Source: Lama glama (Eukaryota). Taken from it: a DNA stretch of 64,000 nucleotides. The notes under the pieces are model-generated. The model worked only from the letters and a program-made list of their open reading frames with translations, ran no database searches and had not been told where the DNA came from. Of the stretch, positions 35,148 to 49,503 are shown in pieces. The translations under genes were made by a program, and so were the position numbers. Numbering within the stretch: the first letter of the stretch is position 1; the number at the start of each line of letters is the position of its first letter. The stretch is from contig CM052817.1 of the NCBI GenBank assembly GCA_028534125.1, positions 2,668,001 to 2,732,000 of the forward strand, written 5' to 3'.

Positions 35148-38100
35148 GTATTCGTTTGTGTTACAAGTTGCTCTTTTTGTGATTTGTTCCTAATTCCTGC
35201 ACTGTCGTGTCCTCAGTGAGCTGCACCTCAGGCACCTGGCCTGACCTCTTTGCACCTCCCTTGCCAGACATGGAAGAGACTGTGGGCATCATACTAAGGT
35301 GCCTGACAGTGTCCATGGGCTGTGGAGACCTGAGGCACACGGTGGGGCTGGGACAGGAGCCAAGATCCCTCCCACCAGCAGGGCGATGGCTCGTCGACTC
35401 ACGTGAGGGCACGCCAGTGCTCCGCATTTGGTTTCTCAAAGTCGTCATCCCCCTCCCCCAGATGCCTGAGTGGAATCGGTCCAAGGGCCGCGCTGGTTCT
35501 CACGCTGGGACAGGGCTGCCTCTCGTGTCCAGGGTCCCGGCCCTCGTTAGGTGGCACCTGGTTCTGCTGTGATCTATAGCCCGGTGCATCTGCAGTGACA
35601 GGTGTTTTCTGGGAGGCCGGAGGTGAACGTAGCCCGGGAAGCTTCTAAATCCAGTACCCGCTCTTGTTGGTATCTGCTCCGGGTCACACTGTGTGATGGA
35701 GCCATCCCGGAGATCCTGGGGCCACATCCGCCCGTGGCCTCTGAAGGCCCCGGCTCCTGGGCCCCTCAGCAGAAGACACAGAGCAGGCACCCGGGGACTT
35801 GCTAGGCGCGCCTGCCCCGGGGAGGGAGGAGCAGACAAGGACGGGTCTGGATTAGAAAGGCCCCTGCAGAGGGCAGATTAACCAAGACCACACCTGCGTC
35901 ATCAAAGGAGTGAACTAGCAGGCGGCAAGGGCAGTGAGCCTCCAGTTCAGTCTAGGGACCCAGAGTAAGGGGTGTGAGCACCGCCCTTCCAGGTGCACTG
36001 GGCCACTCAGGCTCAGTCGCTCGGACATGGGCGGCTGTGGTCAGCTTGTCCCGCGTCACTCCGTTCTCTGCATGTCGGGGTGTCAACCTGGAGATGGAAG
36101 TGGAGATGCTCCCCAAGACCCTGGAGCGATGGAGGATGCAGAGGACGCCCATTCCCGCCATGTCCGAACCCCACAGAGCATCCAGAGGGCCACCGCAGCC
36201 GTCCGAGCCGTCCGCTCACACCTGCACTCCCGGTCTCACGGTGGCCCGGGGTGTGGCGCTGTCGGTTGAGAAAGAATTCACCGAGGCCTGGAGGGAGAGG
36301 TGACCCCAGAGGGAGTCTGCATCTTCCAGACCTGGGCTGCATCACGGAGCATGTTAAGAGGGAGCATGGGGTCATCCTTACAGCCGAGAGCGTTCTCAGA
36401 GCCCTGGGCTGGACGTCCAGGGTCCTGTGGCGATGCGGTCCCTTCCCATAGCGTGATGGCAGCGGCAGGAGGAAGCGTGAGAAGAAAAGTCCAGGCGGTG
36501 TTTGTGCAGCCTTGGCGGAGACAAGCTTCTTAAGTAGGACGGAAACTCGGAAGCTGTGAAAGACACTGTCGGCTCTGACTGCGTTCACATTCACCCTTTC
36601 CGACTATTCTGAATAGTAGAAGATGATGTAAGCAACGTCAGAAGACAGATCCCAGGCTGGGGAAGCACAGAACACCACCGGCTACAGGAAAGAGTTCCCG
36701 CAGCTGGAGGGTCAGCCTGGCCCGGGACCTGCCCCCCGCCCGAGGTGGCCACCGCAGCAGCGGCTGCCCGCGGACCAGGGCCCGGGACGCACAGGTGGAA
36801 GGACCGTGTCCGGTGGACAGCGGCCACTCCACACCCTGTCCTTTTCGGGGAGGTTACTTGCAGTTTTGTGGGAAGATAAGACGCGCTCTCCTTCTGACTC
36901 AGCGCCGGAGCTGATTAGCTTTTCTCTACTCCCACTGGCAACAAACTACTGTCAACTGTTCACCTGCAGCTGGCTGGGCGCACACAGCAGGGTCTTAAAA
37001 GAAGAAAACAAAGGCGCGTTTGTTGTATTTTTTGGCTGGGCAGCACCTTCACACGTTCCAAGTGAGAAGATATCAGAAGGTGGGGGGGAAGCCCCCCCGG
37101 ACTCCCTCCAGCGACGTCTGTACAGGAAGCAGGATGAGGTGCTGTTTCTCCCTCCGTGTGTCGTTTCACTCCATCGTCTCTGATGGGTAAGGATGTCGAG
37201 GCCAAGAGAAACGGCCCAGGGCACTGGCTTGACCCTGGAGGGCCGGCACTGACCCCAAGCCTGCTGACCCCAGAGCCCGACTCTTCCCCCGGGCTGCGCA
37301 GCTGATGTCCAAATGTAGTTCAAACAGTTCAGATTTTGGTTTTTTGCCAAAAGTTTCCGTTACTTGTTAAAGTGCAGATATGCTCAGAGCTTAGGACGTA
37401 CCCAAGAGCAATATCTGACCCCGAATTCCTTTCCGGGGCATGTGGGCTCTGGCTGACCCTCCTGGTGGCAGCGCTCGGGGCCTGGCACTATCACATGCCC
37501 ACTGCACAGACCAAGAAGCTCGGGCTTGGGGCAGAAGCCACTTGCCCGCACTTACACACTCGTAAAAGCCAAGCGGGTTTGGACGCTGAGGCCCAGGCCC
37601 TTAGCTACTGCGTCCGTGAGTCAGAGCCCGGCCGGACTCATACGCACCCGCGCAGTGTCATGGTCAGAGGTGGGGCCGCCTTCCCAGGCCAGCACCAGTC
37701 AAGGCCGTAGCTGAAACTAAAGCGTGCCGCTTTACAGAAAAATAAGATGAAAAGAATGTGACCTAAGACTAGAAAATCCATGTGAGTTTGGACTCAGTTC
37801 GAGCCTGGCCTCTGGGATTCACAAAGGGGCACCCACGCGGAGAGGCACCCACAGCCTGTGAGCACGTTCAGGGGTTTAATGTACTAACATGCCCTGGTGA
37901 AGTAGTTAAGGGGTGGTCACTGGGGTCAGCCTGCCTGGGTTCAAGTGTGTCTCCGCCCCTTGCCAACTGTGTGACCTTGGTGCGGGGTGGGGGGTGGGGG
38001 GCTCAGCTTAGGGCCTGGCCTGGGGAGCAGTCCTGCCCACCTTCATTGTCATTGTCATCTCCCCTTCTATGAGGCCCCCCACCCTGCACCCAGCAGAGAC

Positions 38101-39192
38101 CCCACCTCCCCGGTCCTCACCTTCCAAAGCCAAGAGCACACACACCACAGTGTGTGCAAGAAGGAAGGGGTTAAAGCCACTCTGAGGCCCCAGGCTGGCC
38201 CTCCAGAAGGGACAGTGGGGTAGCAGGACGTGTACCCTCTGGGGATGCAGAGGCCCAGTGGGGTCTTGGGACAGGACCAGCCAGATGGGCAGGAGGTGGG
38301 GAAGCACCCTGCCCCGGAATTTTCTCCTGACAGCTCACTGTCTCCAGCAGGCCCCAGGGGAACCTTGGCCTTGGAAGTGACAACCCAGTGTTTGCTCTGA
38401 AAGTTTACAGCAGGCTTTACGTCAGAGCCCATCCCCCTCGGTGCTCCTGCCTCCCGCTTCCCGGAGCCCACTCTCCCCACCCCCTCCCCAGGGATGCTGG
38501 CTGGCGGCCTGGGTCAGTCATGCAGGCCTGAGGAGGGGTCTTCTCCGCACCCTGCTCCGGGCACTGCCGTGCTAAATTTTTTTAATTTCCAAAGCAACAC
38601 GTGCTTATAACAAATCAGGAATGCACGTATGATTGTCCTGATTTTAAAAACTGGTTAAAATAATAAATTGGAGACTGGAGAAGAAAAGCTAACAAGCAAA
38701 GCTAATGATTAGCAGCAGATGTTTTGGATGTCGGTTTAAAAAAGAAGTTGGGACCGAAAGATCGTCAGTGACTTCCTGCTTCCACAAACAAAGCCAGAGT
38801 CAGAACTCACATGCAAGGAACACTTGGCCCCGCTCAGCCGTCCCCCTTGTTTCTGGACCTGACTTGAGGGCGGAGTGGGAGAGAGACTGTTTCTTTCAAA
38901 GTCTGGGAGGCCAGCAGCGTGGCAACGCCCCGGGGGAAGCTGACATCACTTTCAGGTGCCAAGCACCTTCTCTGTGGCCCCAGGTGGGAAAGAGAATTGA
39001 CCTCGTGCCCTCGGGGAGCCCACCTCCTGGGGACAATGCAGGCCTCTGCGTGGGGCTTTCCCCGAGGGTGCTGCCTGTGCCCGCCCCATCTGTCCCCGGA
39101 GCGCCTGGTGCTACTGGCTCGCAGACCTCCCACGGTGCCTGGCTGGCCGCCTGCTCACCGGCGGCTGGCGCCCGTGCCGGGCTTCGTTGCAG

Positions 39193-39367
39193 GTGTACTA
39201 CTGCCGCTCCTTGGCCCTGGCCTTCCTGGAGTTCACGGTGGCGCGGAGGTTCCACGAGCACACGCACCAGCCCCACGTGCCGCCCCCGCTGCGGGCCGTG
39301 CTCGGGCGGCTGAGCGCCCTCTATGCCCTGTGGTCCCTGAGCCAGCACACGGCCCTGCTCTACCGAG
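39193..39367 (+). CDS. ACOX3: ACOX3 exon 15
   Basis: cag|GTGTAC...CGAG|gtgagc; [23 protein letters not shown]...[26 protein letters not shown]; 175 nt, phase 0->1. Confidence 0.95.
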
Positions 39368-40542
39368 GTGAGCCCCCTGCGCGGGCACCTGCCGCCCCCA
39401 CCTCACCCTCCACTGTGCCTGGGAGACTTAGCTCCCCTGTGGGTTACTGAACACTCATCCCATGCTGAGTGAGCCTTTGGCGGATAAGGAGCCCGGAGCC
39501 CGTGGGGAGAAAAGCACGAGGGGCAGAGCAGCATCAGGACGGCCCTGAGAGCCGAGCCGAGCTGCTGGGGCGGCAGTCCCGGGGGTGCCCACTCTGGGGA
39601 CCTGGAGGGCTTCCTGGAGGAGGTGATGAGTGGGCTGATTCCTGGAAGATGGGTGGAAAGAGAGTAAACCTGAGTTTCTCAATCTTTTTTTTCATTTTTC
39701 TCCCCCTAAGAAACCTCTTCAAATATTTTTTTCTAATCACCCCCATGATGTGTTACTACTACAGCTATTCTGTGTAGCTGTTCGTGTCCTGTGCGTGTGT
39801 CTGGCCTGCACCAGGAGTACGTTTTTTCCCCTCCCCCTTGCCAAGAACCCACGTTTTCGCCCCTTGAGGTGGGGGTTGCCCCTTGGAGGCGGTGCACAGG
39901 GCCTCCCAGGCAGAGGGAGCAGTAGGGTGCAAGGACTGGAGCCCACGCACCCTGACGAATGACAGCTCTGGGTGAGCGGACGGAGTTCTCCACGGAAAAA
40001 TCCGACAGCAGCCAGTCCTGCAACACATGCATTCTCCAGCGCGTGGGGCCGCTTCCTTGGGCCTGCTGGCCGGCACAGCACAGCCCGCCGCAGTGTGGGA
40101 GGCGAGACAGAGCAGGGGCGGCCCATGCCCATCCCCTGGTGGCTCCAGATGGCCCGTGTGCCCCCAGGCACAGCTCTGTGCCTGCAGCCCCTGCCGGCCC
40201 CCAGCCCAGGCTCCGTCCGGGCGTCCCAGTCACCACCTGTGCTGTGCTCTGCCTGCCCAGCCGACCGGCCCTGCCCTGCTGGCCTCCCTGAGCCTCTCGC
40301 CCAGGCCCTGGGCTTCTGTGTCCCCAGCTCCCAGCCATGACCTCCTAGCATGTGCTCAGTGAACCAGTGGGAAGGGGGACACGGGAACCTGGCCCCAATG
40401 CCATCCTGCAGAGAGGTCGCAACGGGGTTCGGGCAGTGGTAGCGAGAGGTTTTCCTACAAAATGGGCTGTTTGGGAAAGGAAGCTTGCTATTTGTGGGTG
40501 ATCTGGGGCCAGACCCCAGGGTAACCGACCCTCTGCTTACAG

Positions 40543-40610
40543 GTGGCTACTTTTCTGGTGAGGAAGCAGGTAAAGCGATAGAGAACACCATCCTGGCCCT
40601 GTGTGCCCAG
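40543..40610 (+). CDS. ACOX3: ACOX3 exon 16
   Basis: cag|GTGGCTAC...GCCCAG|gtaagc; GYFSGEEAGKAIENTILALCAQ; 68 nt, phase 1->0. Confidence 0.95.
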
Positions 40611-42552
40611 GTAAGCTGCCGTCACCTGCCACTGTTGCATGATTATGTATTACACGATCACCTGAATAGTAACGTTCACTGACCTTGGCCTCGTGTGCAC
40701 AGAATGGTGAGCAGCGATGGGAAAATTACAGAAGAATGTGCTCGTGTCAGAAATCGTGAGGAGAGTAGCTTTTCGGGACCATCTTAGACTCTGCACACGT
40801 TCAGTTCACTCTAGTGTCTTTACAGCGACATCAGTGATTCTCGAGCATTTCACATTAGTCTCCAATTTCATTTCACGGTATTTTATTTCGTTATTGCGTT
40901 CTTTTACCTCCGTCACCCAGGAGTGTCAGCTGGCCCTGGTCCCATGTTATGTTTTAGTGGTGCCCTGTGCACGGGAACTTCCTGCAGGAATGGACGTGCT
41001 CTGGGGCCGCACTGCCCCGTGCAGTCACCACCAGCCCCCTGGGTAGAAGAGTAGTGAGTGTGACTGAGGATTTTTAGTTTTCTTTCATTGTCATTAAACA
41101 GCCACGTGTGTAGTGGCCACTGTGTTGGGCGGTGCAGGTGACGGAGGCATTACGATATGAACCAAAGCTTCCTAGCATTTTATCAAATGTCTCAAGTGAC
41201 AGGTGACAGGCCACTTCGTTTCTCCCCATTCAGGGCTTGCGAAGTTGGTGTGGTTCCTGGTGACGTTCTGTGCCGGTGCTCAGCCTCCCTCCGGGTTCAT
41301 TCCCTAAACGCCCATCTCTCGCCACCCGGGCTCTGGGTCAGGGTGGGTCTGTGACCGTGTACAGACAGCCACGCTTACTCTCACAACCAGTGGCAGGAGG
41401 GATTCCCTCCCCGCGCTCCGCGGCGGTGCTCAGCTGCCTTTCTAAACAGTGCAGCAGCTTTTCCCCTTGTTCTCAAACGCAGGGCTCACGGCACAGCTGG
41501 TGGCTGTGGCCAAGGTGGCAGGGACCCTGTACAGTAATGCAGCCCACGCTGCCTGGCAGATCCGGGTCCTCGTTCTGGCGTGGGGCCCGGGGTCGGCCAG
41601 GTGGAGGGCGGCACACCCGGCCCGGTCCAGCCGGCCCCTCATGCATCGTCTGTGGGGATGTTCGCGCTGTCTCGGCAAAGGTCAGCGTAAGATGGAGACC
41701 CCGTGGCCTGCAAGGCCTGGCTGTGTCCTGTGGGCCCCTTACATGAAACCGTGGCCGACCACTGGTCCAGACCTGGACCTTACTCTGCTGATGAGGTCCC
41801 CCTGAAGTGGGGCAGGCTCGTGCCCCTCAGCCCACTGGCCATGACCACGGTGCCAACGTGTGCGGGGCTCTGATCCACGAAGCTGGGTGCGTTTCCACTG
41901 TTTTTGTGGTTTTGTGACCCTGCACTCAGTTGATTTAATCCACACCATTACAGTCGTCCCCATTCCTGCTGTGTTCAGTACAGCCGTGGCATTTCACAGT
42001 TACTTTAAGAAGAAGATTTTTTTCTTGCATTTCAAGAAAATTCTTGGGAGTCTTGTCATACAAATTCCACTTGTCACATTGAAGAATAATTTATGTGGTG
42101 GAATGGAAGAGCAATTAAACTGAGAACCAACGAGCATTCGAATGATGGATTTTCCAGGTTCTCATAAATGCCTTCTCACTTACTACATTTTTTTTCTGGA
42201 CATACTTTCCTATATTGGAACACTAACTGCCCAGAGAAGTCAGGGTTTAGAGACAAATCTCTGAAGACAGTTGCCAATTAATGAGCCGCAGAGACGTCAC
42301 TTTCATGAGCTGTCCCTACCTTGTTGAAAAAAAATGACACATTGGAGGTCTTGAGTGAATAGCGACATGGTGAAAACATTCAGACCCGCGCGCGGGGACT
42401 CTGTGCCCCAGGCCAGTGAGAGGATGATGCTTTAGCAACCAGCTGAGGGCCTGCCGTGGCGACCGCTGCTGGTGGGGTGGAGGCTCTGTTGTGAGGTGGT
42501 CGCCTTAGAGATGCTGGGAGTTGCCAAGTGTACGGACTTTGTTTCTTAACAG

Positions 42553-42639
42553 CTGAAAGATGATGCTGTTGCCCTGGTGGACGTGATCGCCCCTCCGGAC
42601 TTCATCCTGGACTCCCCGATTGGCAGAGCCGATGGCGAG
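42553..42639 (+). CDS. ACOX3: ACOX3 exon 17
   Basis: cag|CTGAAA...GGCGAG|gtgaaa; [29 protein letters not shown]; 87 nt. Confidence 0.95.
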
Positions 42640-45179
42640 GTGAAAGCAGCCTCCCTCCCGGGGCCACGGGGGACGCTGTGCGCCGGAGCGCGAGCCAGGG
42701 GCTGCTCTGGGGCTGCGGGGGTGCCGCTCCTCGCACGTGGGCAGCAGGGGAGGGAGTGGCTGGGAGAAGTCGGGGTGGGTGATTGTGGGCGGGTTAGCCA
42801 GCCCCCAGCCTGCCTTCCTCCCAGAGATGGGGTGTTGTTACTGCCCTCTTGGGCCATGATGCCAAAGTTAGCATGGGCCTGCATGGAGCTGGGGGGCCTG
42901 CAGTGTCTCCCTCTTTTCACCTCCCCTTGAGGCCTTTCCAGTCCCGGGTCTCCTGACCATGTCACAGTGCAGGGTCCTGACCCCTCCGTCAGTGGGGCCA
43001 CTCAGCCCCTGACCTGAGCTCCCCTGGCACCCCCCCACGCAGCTCCCCGATCTCCTCCCCTACCCACCCTGTCCCCCGTGCTCCAGAATGATTTTTTTAG
43101 AAGCCAATCTTGTCAAGCAGCTCCTCTGAGCCCCCTCTCTGCATCCCGCATACCTGGAACTTACACCCAGATTCCTTCCTGTGCCCCGTACCCTAACAGC
43201 CTGACCTCTGCCTGCTTCTCCAAGGTCACTTCACACCACGTTCTTCCTGCCCTCTGGACTCCAGCTTCCCTGTCCTGTTTCTCTCTTGTATTGGGCTCAT
43301 CCTCACCCCAGGGCCTTTGCACCTACTGTTCTTGCTGCAGAGAGGACTCTTGTTCGTTATAAGCAGAATGCTGCTTCTTCAGAGGGGCCTTCCCTGGCTC
43401 CAGCTGAAGTGCCACCCCCACTTTTTTCTGCTGTGTCATCAAGCCCACGTGCGTCCTCTGCCACGTGGAGATGCTCATGCTGGACGATGCCCACAGGTCT
43501 GCGCAGTGCCTCTCAGCACCGCACTACCTGTGGGTTGTCCCTGTGTTTCCATGGAAATGTGACGTTTCAGTGAAGTCACATGTCTGAGGTCTCACGGCTG
43601 TCATTTCTTTCTGCTGAGACACCCAGGCTGACCCAGGCTTTGCATAAATGGAGCTGAATCCCCCATCTGTCCACAGGGGACACTGCAGCCAGCCCAGGGG
43701 GACAGGAGCCTAGACTTCTGCCCAGCCCAAGCCACACTGGAGTTGGGACAGGTGGAGCAGGCACTGGGGTGGGCAGGATGGAAGAGCCCCCCCATCGAAT
43801 CAGGAGGGCAGGAACAGTACACCTGAGGGGGGCGTGCTGTCCTCTGGCTGCAGAGCTGGGTGTCGAGCAGCATCCCGAGATGCTGGGCGGGTTACCCTTG
43901 GTTGCCCAGACAGGAGGCAGCAGGGCCAGGATTTGGGTAGAGATGGATTGTTTGGAGGGAAGACAGGAGAGCGGAACTCAATCTGTTGGGGTGGCCAGGG
44001 CTCTGGTGGGAGCATGAGGAAAATGTGCCATGAGTCCCCGGGAGAGGGGCCGGCCCCTGGGATGAGGGCTTACTAGGCAGCCAGCAATGCCATCACGGGG
44101 GCCTGCCTGGATGTGGCGCTGTCTGAGGACCCCTGAGCACATGGGAGCTCCATCCAGGAGGAGCTGGAATGGATCTGCAGAAGGCAGCTCTGACGCACGG
44201 TCGGGGCGAGGGACTGAGAAGTAGGGTCATCCTGTACTGTCCCGAGTTGGGGGCCCCACATCCCACACTGAGGCCAGAGCCAGCCTGAGGCCTCGCTGGA
44301 CAGGGTGGTCCACAGAGTGCACGTTTCTCCCAGTGTCGAGGGCTGAGGTTTGAACCAGGTGCCACTGTTGTACCACCATCATTACACGATGCATGGTGCT
44401 CCACAGTGTGAAATGTGCCCCCAGATTTGTGACCTGTGGGGAGACAGCCTGGCCTGGTGGCTCTGGGAGCCAGGAAGAGCAGAAGGCAGGAGGAGTTGCT
44501 CAGTGCCTTCAGCAGGCGCAGGGAGGACAGCTTCTCAACAGTGACGTCTGTCCACATCAGCCAGACACAAGATGGGACCCACCCTGTCTCCACGGACCTC
44601 GGCCTTGACGCCGGCTGTGCTGGGCGCTGGGAGGAAGCCACCACAGCTGCCCGCCACACCCGTGCCCTCCTCTAAGGTGACAGGTGGAGCAGCAGGCAGA
44701 AAGCAGTTCAGTCTGGAGGTCCCGGGGCAGACGGCTGGCCCAGTGGGGTCTTTCGGGGCGGGCAGAGAGGGGCCGGTGTGTGCTCAGGCCCGGTGGCCCG
44801 GAGACAGGACGGTCATTCTGCTGCTTGGCTGCACCGCCACCTGCCAGCCGGCAGCCACGTAGGGGTGGGAGGACAGATTCCAGAGCAAACGGCAAACACA
44901 GACTTGCAGGACCCACTTTCCATGAGAGTTTCCAAAGAAAAGGCCACGCAGGATGTTTCGTCGTAAATGTGCTTTACGGTGCCTTATAGCTGCATTTCAT
45001 GGTGGTTTTCTGCTGACAAAGAAGTGTGTAAACTAAAGTTAAATCATCTGGAAAGATTTCTGAGAAGTGACGGGAGGACTTCCTGTGTTTTTAAAGCAGC
45101 TTCCGAGGGCGGCTGTGTTGGCATCCTCGACCGTGGGAGGAATCTCATTCCGTGTGACTGTGTTGTGTGTGTTTTGCAG

Positions 45180-45299
45180 CTCTATAAAAACCTCTGGACC
45201 GCAGTCCTTCAGGGAAGCAGGGTGCTGGAGAGAGCGTCGTGGTGGCCGGAATTCTCTGCCAACAAGCCCGTCGTAGGAAGTTTGAAATCAAAGCTGTAG
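45180..45299 (+). CDS. ACOX3: ACOX3 last exon, ending in PTS1 signal SKL
   Basis: cag|CTCTAT...[54 protein letters not shown]. Confidence 0.96.
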   Translation, partial: LYKNLWTAVLQGSRVLERASWWPEFSANKPVVGSLKSKL

Positions 45300-48200
45300 T
45301 CACACTGGCCAGGTTCCGACGAAGCTAATAAGGACACGGGCCTCATGTTCAAGTTCTTAAGGTCCTGGAGACGGCTGTCCCCTCTGAACCCACACCACGG
45401 CGCTCACCCCTATTGAGCCCACGGCGGGACGGCCCGTCCGAAGCTGGGCACCCCCGGAGTCACACCAGGACTGACTGGGGGGATCCGTCGTAATCTGCTG
45501 CTCAGTCATGTCTTTCTGATGGACTCCGCACTTTCTGATAATCAGAGCTTTGCGCATTCTGTTTTCGCACGCTGAATGTAAAGGTGGCGGCGGGTAACGG
45601 GAGTCGCTGGCCAGATGGTGTTTTGCATTCCTCTGAGATTTTTTCACAAGGCTCTGCTTCACTGGGCCCTAAAGGGTGCCACACTGATTCTTTGTTCACT
45701 CTGGTTTGATTTTCTCATGTAATTCAATGGTGTCGGAACCTGTAACCTCGCTAGTTTGCACCACGGACCATCCAAGTGACATAATTTAAGATTTTTAAGG
45801 AAAAGGACATCAGCTGTATTGCTTTCTTGCGTGGGCCTGGAAGCTTCCATCAAGGAGATGCTACGGGGGGGAAGGGCCGTAATGGTCTGGGTGTCCAGTC
45901 AGCCCTCAGGCCCGGCCTGCCGGCCGTGTGCGCGCTGCGCTGGGAGCCGGTTTGCTCTCGCCGGAGGTGGATCCCCCAGTGCCTCCCGTGCCCCGGGGCG
46001 TCTCCTCCGCACTCTCCCGGCCGTGGGCCCAGGCTGCTCCTGGCGGCAGCTGGGTGGAGGGGGTGGTGGGTGTCTCCGCCCATCACTCGTGTGCCCCCGG
46101 CCAGGATGGTGGGGGGTTCTCACTCTCGGCCCCTCTCCGTTCCCTGCAGCCTCTGACTGGTCCAGGAGGGTTGGGGCCTCTGCCCTCGCAGCCCCGGGGC
46201 CCTCCCCACCCTGTCTTGGCCCCCACGGAGCACCGCTGCTTGTTTTCCAAAATAGCCCAGAGAACCTCTGAGCACATGAAGGGCCTGGGCAGGAATCAGT
46301 TTTTAAAGACTGAATTTAATTCTGTGGGTGGTTCCTTGGCTTCCCAAGCCTCAGTTTTCATGCCTGGAAAAGGGGTGCACACCCTCCCCCACCGCAGCGC
46401 ATCTGGATGGGCAGCAGGGGCTGCGGTTCAGGAGCACATAGTGTTTGATGGGCCTTTCTGCTGGCTGTCGTGGGACCCTTAGACTATGTGAGGTGAGCTG
46501 TGTCGTGCCCATTTTACAGAGGAGAAAACTGACCCTGATGGGCTGAAACCGCTGCCAGGGGCCAGACAGCCAGGAAGTGGCAGAGCTGGACCAGGCTTTC
46601 AGGTCTGACCCTGGTGGTCCCTGGCCCCCTTCGCGGGGTGGACCTGTGGGTTTCCTGTCCCCAGGAGCCCCATCCTCCTCCTAATGGAACCCCAGCTCTG
46701 TCCCGTGTCAGCTCCAGGACTGGGCTAGTTCTGGCCCAGGCTCCTTGCCCCCCCCCTTTGCCCCAGTCGCTGGCTCAGCCCAAGGGGCCTGTCGGGCTGA
46801 GCCTGGGACTGACTTGGGTGCTGGGACGGAGGGGTCTCTCGCTTTCTCTGGGCAGCGTGCTGCCTGCTGATGACCTTTGCTGCCACGTGAGCCCGCGGCC
46901 GGAGCCAGCCCATGGGGGTGGCAGGGGCCCTGGCCTACAGGCGCGTGAGCCGCAGGTGAGCTGGGCCAGCAGACCCACGCACAGAGCCCAGCGCCAGGCT
47001 CCTGGGTGGATGTGCGGGAGGTCCACCCTCCAGGGGGACAGGGAGAGTCTGTCTCCGGTTTGGGGACTCCTGGCCGCTTGGTGCTGCCTGCTGACCTGCG
47101 GCAGCCTCTGATTTGCTTTTTGCTTTCACATTCCGCTCAATGAGGCTCCGTGAGGATCCAGGGTTCCTGCGACTCCCAGGGATGACCCCCAACCGACCTC
47201 GGCTGGTGCCCCACCTGCCAGGCCGTGCAGGCGGTGGCCCATCTTGCTCTGTGACACCCAGAGGAGGGAGGTTCTCAGTCCCGTGGCGAATAGGGGTCCT
47301 GGGTGGGTGAAGGGAGACTGACGTGAGCATAGTTGCTTCCTTGACACACTTGTCACAGGGCTGGAAGCCTTGCTTCCTCCGGGGGACCCTGAGCTCTGAA
47401 CAGGGTCCCTTCGGAAGTCCCTCACGCAAGGAGGACTGTCTGCCTTGGGGAGAAAATGCTTGTATCCTCTTACAAAGGCTGAAGGAAGACAAAACCCCAG
47501 CGGCTCCTGGGGTGTCTCCTAGATGCAGGAATGCAGCTTTGCAGACATTCCTGACGTTGGCTCGGAGCGATGCAAAACAAAGCTTCCAGGAGACTCTCCC
47601 TATGCCATCACCCTCGAAGACCCTGGCCAGTGTCTCTCTGGCAGCTGGGGACAGGCCTTGGAGTGGCCCAGGGTTCAGGCCCCACTCGGTGCCTGCTGTG
47701 AGGCCCGGGGCGCATCTCCTAACCTTCCCGAGGTCGTTTTCCTCCTTGATGGAAGTCCTGACAGCCGTCTTCCAGGGCCGTAGGGGCTGAGTGAGAGGGT
47801 GTATCATGCAGTCCTGGGCCCACGGACCTGGACGCTCAGGGCTGGGCCCAGGAATCTGCCCTCTTCCGGGACCTTGGGCAGTTCTGATATGTTGAGTCTG
47901 AGGACCACGGCCTCTGCTATGGGCCTGCGTTCTGGGGAGAGTGTGGCGGGGGTGTAGGCGGTCAGTGGGGCAGGGGAGAGGCCATCCTGTACCAAGTTGG
48001 AGGAGAAAACCAGCTGCCATCCCGCCACCTGCCTGCATGTGCCCAGGACTGGCTCTGCCCCAGTCTCCAGCCCTCTCGCCTAGGCGGAGGGTGTTGCCCA
48101 GGGACCAGGGACCAGTGTGGCCACAGGAGGAGCTTCACGTGGCCCAGGCTGGCCCTTCTCTGCGAATCCCAGGCTGCACAGAAGAGCTGCGCTCTGGGAG

Positions 48201-49140
48201 AGCCCTGGTCACGTGGTCTTCGTCTCTGTGATCGCCCCTCAACACTTGGCGTCAAGGGCCTGGGGCTGCACGGACAGTTTACTCTGTCCCTGGTGCTGTT
48301 CACTTCTGGCTTCCTGTGTGGCTTCCCAACCCCAGGAGAGCTGCTGGGGTCCTGCACCTGAGCCCAGCTCCCTCAACCCTTCCCTGGGCATCCCCACTCC
48401 CCTGACCGACCAGCGGCCTCTGGACGTGTATGGAGTGTTGGCAGCAGGCTGGCTTGTCCACCTGGTGTACGAGCCAGGGTGCCATCGGTCCTGAGTCCTT
48501 CACACTGAGGACCAGTGGCACCCCATGTGGAGCAGGCAGGACAGGACGTGTGGCCCACCGTGAAAGTAATGCTGGAGTACAGTATGATGAGACGGGGCTC
48601 ACCAGCCGGTGACAGGTCCACTTTTCATCTTGCAAAACCGTCGCAGTTGAAATTCTTTAGAAACCATTGCAGGGAGACAACAATGAGAGCCCCTTCTCCC
48701 GCGCCTCCCCAGCCCCGCTGGCGGGCAGCCGTGCTTCCGGAGCTGCTCGCCTCTGCTCACGGCAGCCGCGGGCTGTGGGGGAGGAAGTGTGTCTACCCGC
48801 ACGTGGAAGACCGCGTGTGAAACGACAGCTCCCGGATAAAGGCTTTGTGAACACGAACTCCGAGCTGGGCCCAGGAGGCAGCCGTGGCTCACGTGGCTCA
48901 CACTCGGCCTTTGTTACTCAGCGAGGGGTCGAGGGGGCGTGGGGCCCTCCACGTGGCACTTCCAGGACGGGAGACAGGAAGTGGGGTCAGTGTGGGGCCC
49001 GCAGCCCCTGGGAAGGAGCCTCCTGGCCTCTGAGAGGGGAGGGAGCTCAGCAAAGAGGACAAGGAGGTGCTGGGTCTCCCTCGCGGCCGCAGCACCTTAG
49101 ATTTGATGTCCTTCTTGCCTGAAGGAATGACCACATGAGG

Positions 49141-49503
49141 TGTTACGGCTGGATCCTGTCCCCCCAAATCCATACACCAAAAGCCCACCCCCAGCGCCTC
49201 GGAAGGTGATGGTTCCTGGAGATGAGTGTTTAAAGAGGTGAGTAGGGTAAAATGAGGTCACACTCGTGGGTCCTGATCCAATAGGACTGGTGTCCCTGCA
49301 AGAACGGGGATTGGAACCCGCACACACACAGAGGGACGACCACACGAGGACACAGGGAGAGGACGGCTGTCTGCAAGCCCAGGAGAGGGGCCTCGGAAGG
49401 AAGCAGCCCTGCCCGCGCCGCGGCCCAGACGCCTGGCTCAGGATGCGGGGGGAGACCTTTGTATCTGCGCTGACCAGGCTGTGGACACGGAAGCTAACGC
49501 ACA
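49141..49503 (+). mobile_element. MLT1A/B-type MaLR LTR
   Basis: tgttacggctggat...tcccccaaatccata...taaaatgaggtca...ccaataggactggtgtccct...gaggacacagggagaggacggc...gctaacgcaca. Confidence 0.75.

Noticed and set aside
27490..45299. ACOX3 as a pseudogene
   Set aside because: All visible exons are open with canonical splice sites and an intact SKL. The missing part coincides with the assembly gap.
46935..48038. 367-aa minus-strand ORF (also 51218..52075, 55376..56170 and similar)
   Set aside because: Pro/Gly/Arg/Ala-rich, with no recognisable domain or exon structure. Expected by chance in GC-rich DNA.
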